Positions 13,155-26,880 of a DNA stretch of 53,613 nucleotides are shown here, in pieces. The DNA comes from Octopus sinensis. Taxonomy: Eukaryota. A program made the translations under genes and the position numbers. Under the pieces are notes generated by a model. The model did no database searches. It worked only from the letters and a program-made list of their open reading frames with translations, and was not told the DNA's origin. The DNA lies in assembly GCF_006345805.1 (NCBI RefSeq), contig NW_021833851.1:1-53613 (forward strand), read 5' to 3'. Within the stretch, counting starts at the first letter, position 1. Each line of letters opens with the position of its first letter.

Positions 13155-13984
13155 GCATATACATTGATATAGAGGTATAAATGCACGTCTATGAATGTTT
13201 CTCTGTGTGTATATGTATGTATGTGTCTGTGTATGTGTGCAACTCATATATTGTGCCACAGACACTTTTAATATATAAGAATTCATTGTTAATAACAATA
13301 ACTGGCGAAGCTATTGTTATACGTCGATTTTATTTCAAACACGCGCACACAGACAGGTACGTACAGGCACACACTCAAACACTCAAACAGACCCACACAC
13401 AAATACACACATACCCGTACACACAGGCACGTACACATAAATTCTACATGGGGACAAATACACTTACACACACTTGCACAAACACGCAACAATAACTAAA
13501 GAAAAACAACAATAACACGACGAAGAAGAAATAGAATAGCAGCATTTAATTACACCATCGAGAAAATAGGTAAATACTCTTTAGAATTCGACGAAATAAG
13601 CAGAATAAAAAAGCAAATACATTTCTATATCAAGTGTTAAAACATCTTTGGATAAAATTGATTAAAAGATATCAATTCAGACTAATGGTCTGCTCAGAAA
13701 AAAGAAAAAAAATAGACACATACTTAATGACATATTTGTATATACACACATATATATATATACATATTTATACACACACCTCACACACACGCACATTACA
13801 TATATATATATAAATGCGTATTTAGTCGTGGTGACAATGTATGTTGAAATGTAAGTATATTTTGTATTGGTATCTGTATGTGTATATATATCCATACATA
13901 CATATATATATATACAGATATGCAAGTATAGTCATATATATATGTATATAATATATATATGTATATATATACATATATGTATAT

Positions 13985-14033
<49 letters not shown>

Positions 14034-14734
14034 ATATATATTATATATTATATATATATATATATATACACACACATTTATATCTCCATACATATACACA
14101 AAAACACACATATATATATGATATATATGTGTGGGGGGCGTAGAGAGAGAGTGTCTGTTGCCGGTGAATGATGGTTGAGGGAAAAAGAGCCAGCCTCTCC
14201 GCCCTCTCAATAAGGCAACGAATATGGTTCAATGTGAATAATCATGGCAATTTTAGATGCCTAGATTTATTAAGAGTTAAGGTATCAATTGAATGACGTC
14301 CGTACACGTGTTTTAATGTGTACACACAGATATACGTATACACATACGCACACAGACAATTATACACACACACACATATATATAGCCATATATATATACA
14401 TACATATATATAAGTATAGAGCACATATGTATAGGTAGATATGAATGCATATCATAGATATATTTTTAAGTGTATTGCGAAATCCTTGTTGAATAAAATC
14501 ATAATTAATTTATCCACCTGTATTTTCTTTTAACCAAAGCCTGGAACTTTTCAACAGCCCCTAATTCGTATATGAGATAATTTAGTGCTCAACCACTCCT
14601 TTGAAACATCCCACCACTGGTTTTGTGTAGAGATACAATGCGATGCCAAAAAATGAAATCATTACGCACAATAAAAACGGATTTTTCACCTTGCACATAT
14701 TTCTCGCATATAATTTAAATGCCTATTTGTTTTT

Positions 14735-14850
14735 ATATTTGCATTTTACTAGTTTCAGTCACTGGACTCCGGCCAGGCGGGAGTACATCCAAGAAGAAAT
14801 TTTAGCCGAGGGAATCGACCCCAATACTTATATTTTTCGTCAAGAAAATG
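14735..14850 (-). mobile_element. SINE family A 3' tail, minus strand
   Basis: Reverse complement reads ataagtattggggtcgattccctcggctaaaatttcttc...ggccggagtccagtgactgaaactagtaaaa, matching the family A tail. Confidence 0.75.
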
Positions 14851-15160
14851 ACATTCTTACGTTCTCTGTTGTGGAATCCATTCCACAGGTCACCCTCTCC
14901 AAAGCTTTCACATGTACGATAATTATGAATTATTAGCTACAGCCGAAGAATGGCCAGCGAAGTCAGTCGAAAGTATTTTCGTGCTGCAAGCTCTTGAAAG
15001 GAGGAAAACATTTGCCGTTTGCAAAACAACCGATGTATGCTTTCTCACACTGGCATACACACAGACACATGTTTGTATATATATATATATAAATGTAAAT
15101 GGGTACGTATACGCACACACACACACACATATATATATATATGTATATGTATAAATACAT

Positions 15161-15270
15161 GTTTCCGACGAAAGCTCCGCTCGAAACGTTAAACCCTCCT
15201 TCTTTCCTAAGCGATATTTGTTCCACGTCCTCCCGTTGTTGTGTTTTTTTGTGCTTTTTTGTTTGGATTA
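15161..15270 (+). mobile_element. Short repeat starting with a degenerate type I hammerhead motif, ending in (TA)n
   Basis: GUUU(15161-15164) CCGACGA A AGC-UCC-GCU C GAAAC GUU AAAC(15191-15194): stem I 4 bp, palindromic AACGUU stem III, U4-to-C change in the core. Followed by a GT-rich tail and (TA)n at about 15272. Confidence 0.5.
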
Positions 15271-15299
15271 ACTATATATATATATATATATATATAATT

Positions 15300-15362
<63 letters not shown>

Positions 15363-15384
15363 ATATATATATATATATATGCGT

Positions 15385-15602
15385 GTGTGTGTTTGTGTGT
15401 CTGTGTTTGTCCCCCTAGCATTGCTTGACAACCGATGCTGGTGTGTTTATGTCCCCGTTACTTAGCGGTTCGGCAAAAGAGACTGATAGAAAAAGTACTG
15501 GGCTTACAAAAGAATAAGTCCGGGGGTCAAGTTGCTCGATTAAAGGCGGTGCTCCAGCATGGTCGCAGTCAAATGACTGAAACAAGTAAAAGAGTAAAGA
15601 GT
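15385..15602 (+). mobile_element. SINE family A 3' half
   Basis: gtctgtgtttgtccccc...gcttgacaaccgatgctggtgtg...cttagcggttcggcaaaagagac...ggcggtgctccagcatgg...aaatgactgaaacaagtaaaagag. Confidence 0.9.
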
Positions 15603-15657
15603 ATATAAATGTATATACCTATATATCTATCTATTTATCTATCTATCTATATGTATG

Positions 15658-15689
<32 letters not shown>

Positions 15690-15818
15690 TATATATGTAT
15701 ATATATATATATGTATATATATATATGTATATATATATGTATATATATATATATGTATATATATATGTATGTATATATATATATGTATATATATATATGT
15801 ATATATATATAATATATA

Positions 15819-15849
<31 letters not shown>

Positions 15850-16869
15850 TACTTACATACATGCCTATATATAGACTTAACATTTTCAGATTGTTAACAA
15901 TGAAGTATATACATACATATAATTATTAACAATATGAGTGACAATGAAGAAGAAAAATATATCATTACCAATACTGTATCCTTTCCAATATGTATAGGTT
16001 CCGACCTTATTCAGATTACATAGACTAAAAATATTGGGGAGAGGGGAAAGACGATACAAGTCCGACAGCCGTTTCTGAGGTCTCGGAGTTATTTCATAAT
16101 GTTGGCAGTTGAGGCTTATCAAACGTTTACAGCCAGTCATATAAGCAGAGAAACGTTGATAAAATCCAAAGTTACCTTCATCAGGGTGGATATATATATA
16201 TGTATTTACATGTAGGCAGGTTTGTATGTTGGCTCACATAAACGAAAACATCGGCAGCCGTCATTATAGCCATATATACAACTAAACACACACCCACGCA
16301 CACATACACACTCACACAACCACACACACACGTACATACACACATATTCACTGGTTTGTGAGGCTGACAGTTAATCAGTGCATATTTATATCAAATCCAC
16401 TTTAAGTTTGCATTTAGACAGCAGCAGCTGAACACATAGGAGACACTACCAAGGTGGTCCCGACGCCCTTCGATGCCCAGGTTCTAAAAGAACGAAACAG
16501 TTCTTTGGCGGATGTTCATTCTCTGAAGATTTCTTGTGTTGTTCGCTCACCCCATAGAGTCTTCCGCTTAATCCCGAAATGATGCAACGTGCTCATTTGC
16601 AATGAAATCAAGATACATGTTATGGTTCAAAGGTACAACTAGGACTTCCATATCAAAAGAGAGACGATGAAGACATCTGAGTGCCATTTGTACTAAGATG
16701 ATTTAGATCAAGCGCCAAACATTTCCTTGGTTGAGACAATCGGTGCGATATACGCAGACATCGAGAGAACTCCCAAAGATGGCTTCTCTGACGCCCCTAA
16801 CATTCCAGCCTATAATACTGGGTGCGTTATTTAGTTGATACCATATTGATTATATTAATATATATATAT

Positions 16870-16969
16870 ATATTGCACGGCAGCTTCGGCAAATGCTTTC
16901 TACTATAGCTTCTGACCGACCAAGTCCTTTCGAGAGAATTTGGTTGACGGAAACTGAAAGACGCCAGTC

Positions 16970-17030
<61 letters not shown>

Positions 17031-17255
17031 GTGTGTGCGTGCATGTACATGTGTGCTTGTCTTGTGTGCAACAGATGTTGCTATATTTACGTCACCGTCA
17101 CTTAGCGGTTCGCCAACAAGAAGTCTATTATTGTTTGTAAGACTTATTGTTTGTAAGTGTAGGCTTACAAACAATAAGTCATGGAGTCGATTTGCATGAC
17201 TAAAGGCGGTGTTCCGGCATGGCTGCGGTCAGATGACAGAAACGATTAAAAGAAT
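16870..17255 (+). mobile_element. SINE family A copy carrying a local inversion/duplication
   Basis: Family A 5' body, internal (TA)n, 3' body; 17-bp perfect hairpin at 17141-17180. Confidence 0.85.
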
Positions 17256-17300
17256 AAAAGAATACGCACACGCACACCACACACACGCACGTATATATAT

Positions 17301-17685
17301 ACTAGCACTATCGCCCGGCGTTGCTCAGGTTTGTAAGGGAAATAACTATAAAGCATTTTTAGAGAGTTATAGCCACAAAATAGCAAAAAAATGGAAAAAA
17401 AATGATGGTAAATTTTTTTTGAGAGTTAAAAAAGGTGTAGTTGCGTCCCCTAGACGGTCTGTGGTTTGGGTTTCTGATTCTCGACCCCATGTCGAATTTA
17501 TCGATTTTTTTCAGAACTGGGGGAACTTTTCAAAATTTTCGCTGCGTTAGTTTTGAATTATGACATTGGGCTATGTTTGTGTCAAGTTTCATCAGAATCG
17601 GTTGAAAGCCGTGGTCAGAGTGAGGGTACGAGAAAACAGACACACAGAAAACGCACAGACAAACTGCCGTTTATATATAGAGAGA
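17301..17685 (+). mobile_element. Probable non-autonomous Helitron/Helentron-type (DINE-1/HINE-like) element
   Basis: Starts actag..cccggcgttgctcagg, contains caagtttcatcagaatcgg, and ends cagacaaactgccgtttatatatagag. This layout resembles DINE-1-like elements (recalled, not searched). Confidence 0.55.
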
Positions 17686-18567
17686 GAAACCTATGTATAT
17701 ACGTAAACACGGTACAGTGGGAATGCGTGCAACAAAACGCATATATGTAAATTCTCTGTGCATATGCTCTTGTATTGACGAGATGTATGTTTCTGTATGT
17801 CTGCGTCAGATTTATGCTTGTCTGTGATGTCTGTCATATGCAATGCTCTCACGAGAATGAAAATGGCTGACGTGAAATTCTATACAATTATAATATCGCT
17901 TGAAATCGGGTCGATAAATGAAATTTGAAACAAACTGAGAAAAGAAGAAAGATCAACAAGAAAGACATTAAAAAGAAAACCAATGCAAAATAGAGATGTT
18001 TGGACGGGAAGAAGAAGGTAGAAAAAGAAGGAATTGTGGAAAGGATGAAGAAAAGATGAAGAAAAGACAGAATGGCGATTGGCATTACAATAACGAAAAA
18101 AATGAAAGAAAATAATTCTTTAAAATCATATCAATAGCGTTATAAGGAATACGTATACATGAAGAAATAAATACCAATAAAATGAAAAAGATAACAAGAA
18201 CGAGACGAAAGACATATGGACAGACTATGAAAGAGAACGAAAAGGTGGGCGAGAGAGGAAGGCAGAGAGAGAGAGAGAGAGAGAGGTAGGGAGGGAGGGA
18301 CTCGGGTAATGAAGACAGGTAGGGAAAGAAAGTGAGCAGAAAGGAGTGGTGGGCACTTTAGAGTAACAGAAAACAATGGCGTATTTCGGTCCTTTACCTG
18401 GTTCAATAAAGAAATCGATGTATTTATCGGGAATATTTGGTTATCTTTTGATATGGAAAACGGCTCACCAGCCCACTGATAGTTTCACCCCCCCTCTCTG
18501 CTTCTCTCTACATTTCAGTATCTTTACTAGCTTCTCTCTTTCTCTCTAAATCTATCACACTCTCTAA

Positions 18568-18604
<37 letters not shown>

Positions 18605-18924
18605 TCTCGTCCCGCTGCGTATATACACGCACTCACATTTACATATACTAACATTCATACATATGTGTGTGTGTGCGCATACGTATATATGTACATATAT
18701 ATATATATATACACCTGTGTATGCGTTTGCTTGTATGTATGTGTGTGAGTAAATGTATATATATATATATGTATGTATATACATAGATACACACATACAA
18801 TATATATTCGTTTGGATGTGTACGTACAGTTATTTTATTTTCTCTCTATATATATACATATATATATACATATATATATATAGGTGAAAACATAAAATAG
18901 CAATGTAACAAAAAACAGATCGAC

Positions 18925-18967
<43 letters not shown>

Positions 18968-19385
18968 ACTGCGACATATTGTCTTTGTTGATCTGTCTGT
19001 CTTTATGCAACGTTTCTCAAATTCAATATCACTTTATACATTTTTATCCACGTTATTCTGTGTTTTGAGGTATATATGTATAGTTAGATAGATATACGTA
19101 CACACAGTCATATACACCAACTACACTTTTAGGTAGCATATCTATTTCAAATATCAATTGTACCTACCCATTAATATTTAAATTTGAAAATTGCCCCGAG
19201 GCAATGATATACAATGTATAAGTAGCTATTATTCTCTTCAAAACAATTCAGTATTGCAACCCTGTGTGCATTTGAAAAAGCTACAGTAGACTTCATGATC
19301 TCACAATAGAAACCTCTGTTCACAGACACACATATTCACAATCAGACACAATTAAGAATTTCCTTCAAATCTATCTATCTATCTG

Positions 19386-19416
<31 letters not shown>

Positions 19417-19420
19417 GTCA

Positions 19421-19474
<54 letters not shown>

Positions 19475-20689
19475 CACATGCATACATATATATATGCATA
19501 TATACTTATATATATATATACATATATATATAAGCACATGTATATTAGGTATATCTCTCTGTGCATATGTATGGATAAATGTATGTTTATATATATATTT
19601 ATATACACTTACATACATACACACACGTATATGTATATATACATATATATAAGCGTGCTAGAATGCAACATGCAGGCGCAGAGTGCTAGAATATTCTCAA
19701 GTGTTGAATCTGGAGAAGTACAGGACAAGGAAAATACTTAAATTATTGTTCCCGATGTTAGAATCCGCAACAGAAATTTCGGAAAGTGTTCATCAAAAAA
19801 CGTATGCCTTGTTTTGTCTTTATATGTTTTCGCCTTTTCTTGCAATTTTTTATAAATAATTAAATAGCTTCTATTTAAGAATTTATATTTAGTACTATAT
19901 TATTTTATTAATATATTTTCATAGCAAAACTCATTATTCAAAAATTTTAAATCACGTATATTGCGTTAAAATTAAATGCATGTACTATATATCTAGTTCA
20001 AAAATTAAAGTAAAAAGGGCTAAAAGAATTCAGAAACAAAAGAATTAATTTCTTTATAGCAGACATTATCAGATAACAAAGTATTTTCTATTTACAGTGA
20101 AAAGAATATTTCAAACAATGAAAGCTATTTAGTAAATTGAGTGCAAAATGTAGAAATGACTTTTTAGCTTTTTGTAAAAACTTAGGGGTTATGGTATTTT
20201 ATCAATTTTGCTTAAATTGCCAATATGCGATTTTTTAAATATAGTAAGCACTGAATTTGTAATATTAAATTTTTAATGTGTAAACATGCAGAGAAATTTT
20301 CGTTTCACTAAAATTGAAAATAGATGGACACTTAAAAAGAAGAAACATTAAAGAATATTTATTAGTATTTTAGCTTTCAAATTGTGACTCAACCAGCAAT
20401 ATTTTAAGCATATTTTCGTGTTCTGTACTTTTCCAGTCTGAAGTACTGCTTGTTCTGTACTTCACCAGGTTCAATACTTAAGAATATTCTAGCATTCTAC
20501 GCCCGCATGTTACGTTCTAGTCCACTTTTCCTAGGCAACGATACTATTACTATAATTAATTATATTTATTTCGCAGGAGAACGGCACTGCTTGAATATTC
20601 ATATATGCTTGGAAGACATTGATGAGGTCTTTGTCGAAATTGTAATTATTCATCACCTGCCATATCCCAACGTACGAAACATGGTCTAA

Positions 20690-21450
20690 TGTCTTTTTGA
20701 AGTCGATGAGTTGTGGAAGTAAGAAGAAATATTACTCACAAATGTCGAGACCTCAAAATTCTCACACTAATTGGATCATGAGACAAGTTTGTAAAGAACG
20801 CTCTGAATAGGAAATTTAGCAAGGATATAAGGGAATCCAATGGGTAATAGATAGAAGGTATCTGCAGAATAATGTAAGCTTGGATAAAGAATGTCAAAAA
20901 CAAGGTGGCTTATTAAAATCTCAAAATCCTATTGAAAACAAAGAAACTCAACAGCAATATCTTTGTGGACAAAACAGGTTGCTCCTCACTGATGAGAATG
21001 ATGTCATCGAAAATGGTTTAAGTACTGAAGAGAACTTTACAAAGACGAACTCAAACTTCAGAATGGATAATATTCCATCAGAGATCCTAAAACATTGAAA
21101 GCCAAAGGTTATAATGCTGCTAACAGTAAATATGAGAAGATATGGGAAACCAAACAATGGCCAAAGGAATGGACCATATTTCTGATGATACACATTTTCA
21201 AGAATGGCAACTGAAGACTGCCAGAATTACAGAGAAGTTAGTCTAATTAGCCATTCCAGCGAAGATTTGCTAAGACTTCCGATAAACACACTTACGAAGA
21301 AGGCAGATGATATCCTTGCAGAAGATCAGGCAGGATTTAAGTCCCAAAGAAGCGTTGTGAAGAAGATATCTAACATTAGACTGTTCACTGAGAAACAACT
21401 GCAGCATTAATCTGAACTCTATCACAAATTCATCGACTTTAAGTAGGTCT
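20690..21450 (+). pseudogene. RTE-clade LINE ORF fragment (pre-RT and RT start), frameshifted
   Basis: Across frames: DNIPSEILK (to 21095), KIWETKQWPKEW (about 21137-21175), CQNYREVSLISHSS (21220-21261), DDILAEDQAGFKSQRS..ISNIR. These are typical RTE/BovB RT N-terminal motifs. Confidence 0.85.
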
Positions 21451-21621
21451 TAACTTTTAAAATGATCTGCTTTTCATTTTTTCTGCCACTTACAGTCACA
21501 ACCACTTTTATTGGAGCAGATTTATTTTTTGCCGAGCTTTTCACTATAAGATACTTGTCATAGAGCTCGGTCATCTGAAAACGACTACTTTATAGTTAAC
21601 TTTTACAATATCTGAGCTGCT

Positions 21622-21995
21622 TTGTTAACACGCCGGGCGAAATGCTTAGCGGTATTTCGTCTGCCGCTACGTTCCGAGTTCAAATTCCGGCGAGGTCGAC
21701 TTTTCCTTTCATCCTTTCGGGGTCGATTAAAAAAGTACCAGTTACGCACTGGGGTCGATATATTCAACTTAATGCGTGTGTCTGTCCTTGTTTATCCCCT
21801 CTGTGTTTAGCCCCTTGTGGGTAGTAAAGAAATAGGTATTTCCTATGTCTTTTTGTTCAAATTCTGCCGTGTTCGACTTTGCCTTGCATCATTTAGCGGT
21901 CGATAAATTAAGTACCATTTGCATAGTGGGGTCGATCTAATCGACTGCCTCCTCCCCCAAAATTTCGGGCCATGTGCCTTGAGTAGAAAAGAATT
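21622..21995 (+). mobile_element. Two tandem SINE family B copies (more intact 21622-21838, more decayed body 21855-21995)
   Basis: cacgccgggcgaaatgcttagcggtatttcg...gagttcaaattcc...gtcgactt...cctttcatcctttcggggtcgat...taagtacca...tggggtcgat; the core block occurs twice. Confidence 0.85.
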
Positions 21996-23575
21996 TCTGA
22001 GGTATTTTGATTGAATGTCTTATTTGGGGATTACCTTATTTTTCGTCACATACAATAACTTTATCGTCGTCAATCTTTTGAACGAGGTTTTCGCTAAAAG
22101 ATTTTTCTCAATGAGCACATAAGATATTTTGATTCAAATTCATTGTTTCATCTGACTCTCCAGTTTCTGACATCAGATATTTTGGTGAAACTTTTCTGAA
22201 TTAATCAAATTTCAAATATTTTATCTCTAAATATCACTCAGGACTGAACCAACATTACTAAAAATACCGAATTCAATTTGGTTGAGGAATAATTAGTGAT
22301 GAAGCCTAAGAGTTCGCGCGAGTAACTAAAAGTTGTCTTAAGTATATATTCACGTACTGCCGTGAGTGAATAATGAGGAATCCGCATTCGGATTAGCTAA
22401 GGAGTGAATTGGCGATGAATCCTAGAAGTACTCGTAAGTGACTAATAGTTAACCATAAGAATATATTTAGCGAATGCCATGGGCGTACTATACAAAAGAA
22501 TATTAAGGCGCCGAATGTGTTGACATATTACTGTGAATAAAAGAAATCTGATGAATCTATAATGCAGCTATTGTTTTAAAATAACTGAGATATTTTGCCC
22601 AAATATAGTTTGGCACCAACCAGATTATCAAAACTTTAAAAAGAGCACATCCATTTAGATGAAAACTAAATTCTTCCTGAAACCTAGATTCTTCATGAAC
22701 CTATATATATATATATATTTTAACAATTTTGTTTAGTTGAAATATGTTTGTCACATATTTCAACTGCTAAAGACAAATATATTGCAGTTACCGTGGAGAA
22801 AAATCTCTCTTAAAGTAAAAAACATGGAAAAACACCTAATTAGTTCGGTGTCGCCCTCTCTCAGGATTATCAGGTATCGATATTTCGGGTGTATTGACTC
22901 TTCCCTATGAGATGTACCAAAGTGAGCCAACTCTGAACGAAGCGAATAAACCTTATAGACTTATATATAATTCAGGCAACACATTGACTGATCTGCCAGA
23001 TCGCAAGATCGAGAAAAAAATGTCGGAATCATGGTGCTGCCCACACAGAAGAAATATTAGCAAGTCTGGAATGATAAGAAGAAAACCCAAATTCATAAAA
23101 TTCTGTAATTTAGACAACGTGGTATGGCGTGAAAGCTTAGCTACGACATCTAAGAAAATGATCAAACTGCTTTAATAAGCACCCGTAATATTGCACTTAA
23201 ATGTCTTCGGCAATAGTGTAGGTATAAGAAGTGGCAATTATGATGATTTCATGGTAATTTGAATGAAATTGCAGTTTAAACGACGTAGAATATACAAAAT
23301 GCGTTTCGTTTTATCGCAGCACATTAATCACAATTAAATATATTCCACGGTAGCAAAACAACAACAACAACAATATCAAAAAGTGTGTTTTCGAAAATCC
23401 GGCAAATCTAAAATTCTATGAAATTCATGAACCTGCCTACCATAATTTCCTGTCTAATTCTTTCACTTAGGTTTATAGAAAACGAAATTCATAAATTTCA
23501 ATGCAAAGAAGCTAGTGGAAAATTCAAAATATAAATATCGTATATATATATATATATATATACAAACACACACAC

Positions 23576-23669
<94 letters not shown>

Positions 23670-24482
23670 GTGTGTTTGTATATATATATATATGTGTGTA
23701 TATATGTATATACATATATACACATATATATAATGATATATGTGTATAGGTATATATATGTATATGTAAATATATATAAATACATATATATATAGGTATG
23801 TATATGTAAAGATATATATATATATATATATATTATAATATATATAACATATATATATATATATATACATGTATACAGATATAATTATTTCTATATATAA
23901 GTATGTGTATGTGTGTGCGTGTAAAGGAAGACTGTGTGTCTGTGTAGATAGATAAATATATACATATAGGGATATGAACGATTATATATATATATATATA
24001 TGTGTGTGTATATATATCCATAAACGAAAGAAAATGATAACAATAACTCCGTAGCGTTTGCGTATAGCTTTACAAGAAACTTAAGAATGACAACATGTGT
24101 GAAGGCATATATGGGCATACGAAATAATATTACTCCATACGAGCAAATAAATATGCATCAATGATTAATGCATGCATTCCATATCTTAAGAGAGGTTATG
24201 CGTATGTATATTAAGGTATATATTTTTTCAGGATTCTAAAAACAAACCGAAAATTGTTGATAAATTTGCAACATATAGGCAATAAATATTAATCAATTTG
24301 CATCTAAAAATTACGGTGCATTTCTATATATCTTTTATTAATAAATATTCCATATATTCGAACGGAAGGCGGGTGCAGGTTTAACTGCATACAAATATAC
24401 ATTCTGTATGTAGGTATTAATGTACGTACGTCTCCATGCACACACACACACACACACATGTGAATATATATATATATGCATG

Positions 24483-24516
<34 letters not shown>

Positions 24517-24518
24517 TA

Positions 24519-24572
<54 letters not shown>

Positions 24573-24664
24573 CATATATACACATACATACATATATAAA
24601 CACAAATACATACATATTCATAAATATTTTGCATATATACGCATATTTGCGCGTTGTTTTGTGC

Positions 24665-24710
<46 letters not shown>

Positions 24711-25803
24711 TACTTATATATGGATATATAGATGTACAAATATATATAAAATTAATGAGAAAGCTGACAAAGAGTGCTCTAAATTAAGTTTTCGGGTTTA
24801 AAAAAGTCCTTAGAGAAATAAAGTTTTAAATGTTTTAATCCAATGTTGAAAGCTAACGTGCAGAATGAATCTTTACAATCTATGTATTTACCTACCTGTT
24901 TATATACATCTACCTATCTCTAGCTATTTATCTGTTACCTGTCTGTGTATCAATCAATCTATGAATCTCTTAATTAATACACGTATATATCAATATTTCT
25001 TTCGTTGTATCTGTGTGTGTGTATGTGTGTGTCTTTATATATTTATGTATGTATATTTAGATATTTTGGACTAAGTGTGTATGTCGATTAGTGTGCTGAA
25101 GTGCTGAGCAGACCACAAGCACATTTTGGGCTATTTGGTGTCATCCTCAGTCAGGGTATATTCCGGAGTGTTAGTTAGGATAATTTTAATAATTTCTAAA
25201 TGAACGAGAATATGGATTTGCTATTAATCTATATTTTCAACAACAGTCATTTCGAAATCTCGTGGCACCGTCCACAAATGGCAGTAACTTTTGCAGTCTG
25301 GTTCTCATCAGGTGCATCCATACATAAAGTTGTGTCGTTAAAGATCCCTAGTTGTGGCTGTCATGTCGTTAGGGAATGAAGCATTGCTACAATTTTAAAT
25401 TATTGCTATCTTCAATAAGCGACAGTAACAGAATGGATCGAAACAACCGTTGTTCAAAATAAAGATGAATGCCATATGTGTCTACTCTTTCTTAAGAAAT
25501 TATCCTCTAATCCTTTTCCCCGCCATTTTTTTCTTAAATCTTTGTATGCGATATATATGTTTCCTCCTTTTTCAATGTATCAGATGGATACTTACTTTCT
25601 TACTTTCCGCTTTTTTATTATTATTTCATTACGTATAAAACCCCACACTTTAAGTCTGTCTTTGTATTGTCTTCCTCATCCTCCACCCTTGTGACAAGTA
25701 AATGACATCTGTGTTGTTGTTGTTGACGTTGTTATTATTATTATTATTATTATGAATGTACACACTCACACACACACACACACATATACATATACATATA
25801 TAT

Positions 25804-25854
<51 letters not shown>

Positions 25855-25887
25855 CTTTATTTTAAGCAGCAGAAAATTCAACAAAAT

Positions 25888-25925
25888 CTGTTACTCTGAG
25901 TTTCTCGTTGCCGTTCATCAGACAG
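25888..25925 (-). ncRNA. Type I hammerhead-like motif (minus strand)
   Basis: CUGU CUGAUGA A CG-GCAA-CG A GAAAC UCAGA GUA ACAG: 4-bp stem I CUGU/ACAG, 2-bp stem II with GNRA loop, near-palindromic stem III ACUCAGAGU, GUA triplet. Confidence 0.6.
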
Positions 25926-25960
25926 TCTGATGAACGGCAACGAGAAACTCAGAGTAACAG
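25925..25960 (+). ncRNA. Mirror hammerhead-like motif (plus strand) with stem I damaged at the fold-back junction
   Basis: Core CUGAUGA 25927-25933, GAAAC 25944-25948, GUA 25954-25956. The 5' strand of stem I is CAGU instead of CUGU, giving an A-A mismatch. Confidence 0.5.
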
Positions 25961-26061
25961 ATTTTGTTGAATTTTCTGCTGCTTAAAATAAAGCATATTA
26001 CTCTACCACTGGTATTTGAGTACTCTTTTTTCCACCTTGTTTCACATTTATGTGTTTACTC

Positions 26062-26106
<45 letters not shown>

Positions 26107-26134
26107 TGGACAGATATCTATATATACATATGTA

Positions 26135-26880
26135 CAGGGGTTGGGCAAAATAATGGAAAAACATAAAGTTTCAAACCAATTTATTTTAATATAGGGTAGG
26201 AACACTTTTGACAATAATTACAGCTTGGATTCTACGAGGTATGGACTCGAACAAAGTTTGAAGTGTTTCCAAAGTATTTTGTTGTCCATTCTTCAGCTAA
26301 AATAGTTTCTAGTTCTAGTAGTGATGAGGGTGGAGGATATCGACTCCTTACTTGTTTTTCTAAAATGCACCATAAATATTCAATAATATTTATATCTAGA
26401 GACGTGGTGGCCAGGTAAGATGTTCAACTTCACTAGAATGCTCCTCGTGCCATTCAGTAACAACTTTAGCTGTGTGAATCGGTGCATTACCATTCTGAAA
26501 GTTTGCGCTTCCCTCCGGAAACTGTTCCGCAACCATAGGATGAATCGGAACGGATAAAATGCTTCAATAGTCTTGATTATTAATTCTGCCATGAAGTGGA
26601 ACCATTGGGCCAGCGGATTTCCAGGATATAGCCCCAGATCATTACAGAACCTCCTCCATGCTTAACAGTTGGACGAAGTCAATCTTGGTGAAATGCTTCT
26701 TTTGGCTGTCTCCACACGCATACTTGGCCGGTGAATGGAAATACGGTAAAGGATGACTCGACCGTTAAAATAACATTCGTCCGAATTTTGTAGGTTTTTA
26801 CTCCACTCTAAACTCACACTTGCAGCGTTTGTTTTTGAAAGTAGTGGTTTTCTGATTGCAGCCCTCCCGGGAAATTCGCA
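26135..26880 (-). mobile_element. Tc1-like transposon, 3' two-thirds (decayed DDE domain and one TIR)
   Basis: Minus-strand motifs GRAAIRKPLL, ESSF, TVKHGGGSVMIWG, FQNGNAPIHTAK, WPP..., IPRRIQAVI. Terminus TA|caggggttgggcaaaataatgg at 26133-26156. Confidence 0.9.

Larger units (their letters stand above)
25855..26085. mobile_element. Fold-back insertion in (TA)n: perfect 139-bp palindrome plus about 90-nt extension
   Basis: 25855-25923 is the exact reverse complement of 25925-25993 (69-bp arms, single A spacer at 25924). (TA)n lies on the left and again at about 26085. Confidence 0.9.

Noticed and set aside
14643-14936. ORF with protein-like stretch HWTPARREYIQEEILAEGIDPNTYIF and an upstream AG acceptor
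   Set aside because: The stretch is the antisense reading of a SINE family A tail (14735-14850), so not an exon.
16400-16810. Minus-strand WNVRG motif suggesting a LINE apurinic endonuclease start
   Set aside because: Only one short motif; downstream APE motifs not recognisable.
22894-23175. 93-aa non-repetitive ORF
   Set aside because: No recognisable domain or splice signals; length is within chance expectation.
25245-25320. Minus-strand CUGAUGA GAA...UUC GAAA motif
   Set aside because: Only a 3-bp stem II; stems I and III are unconvincing. May be a decayed copy but unsupported.
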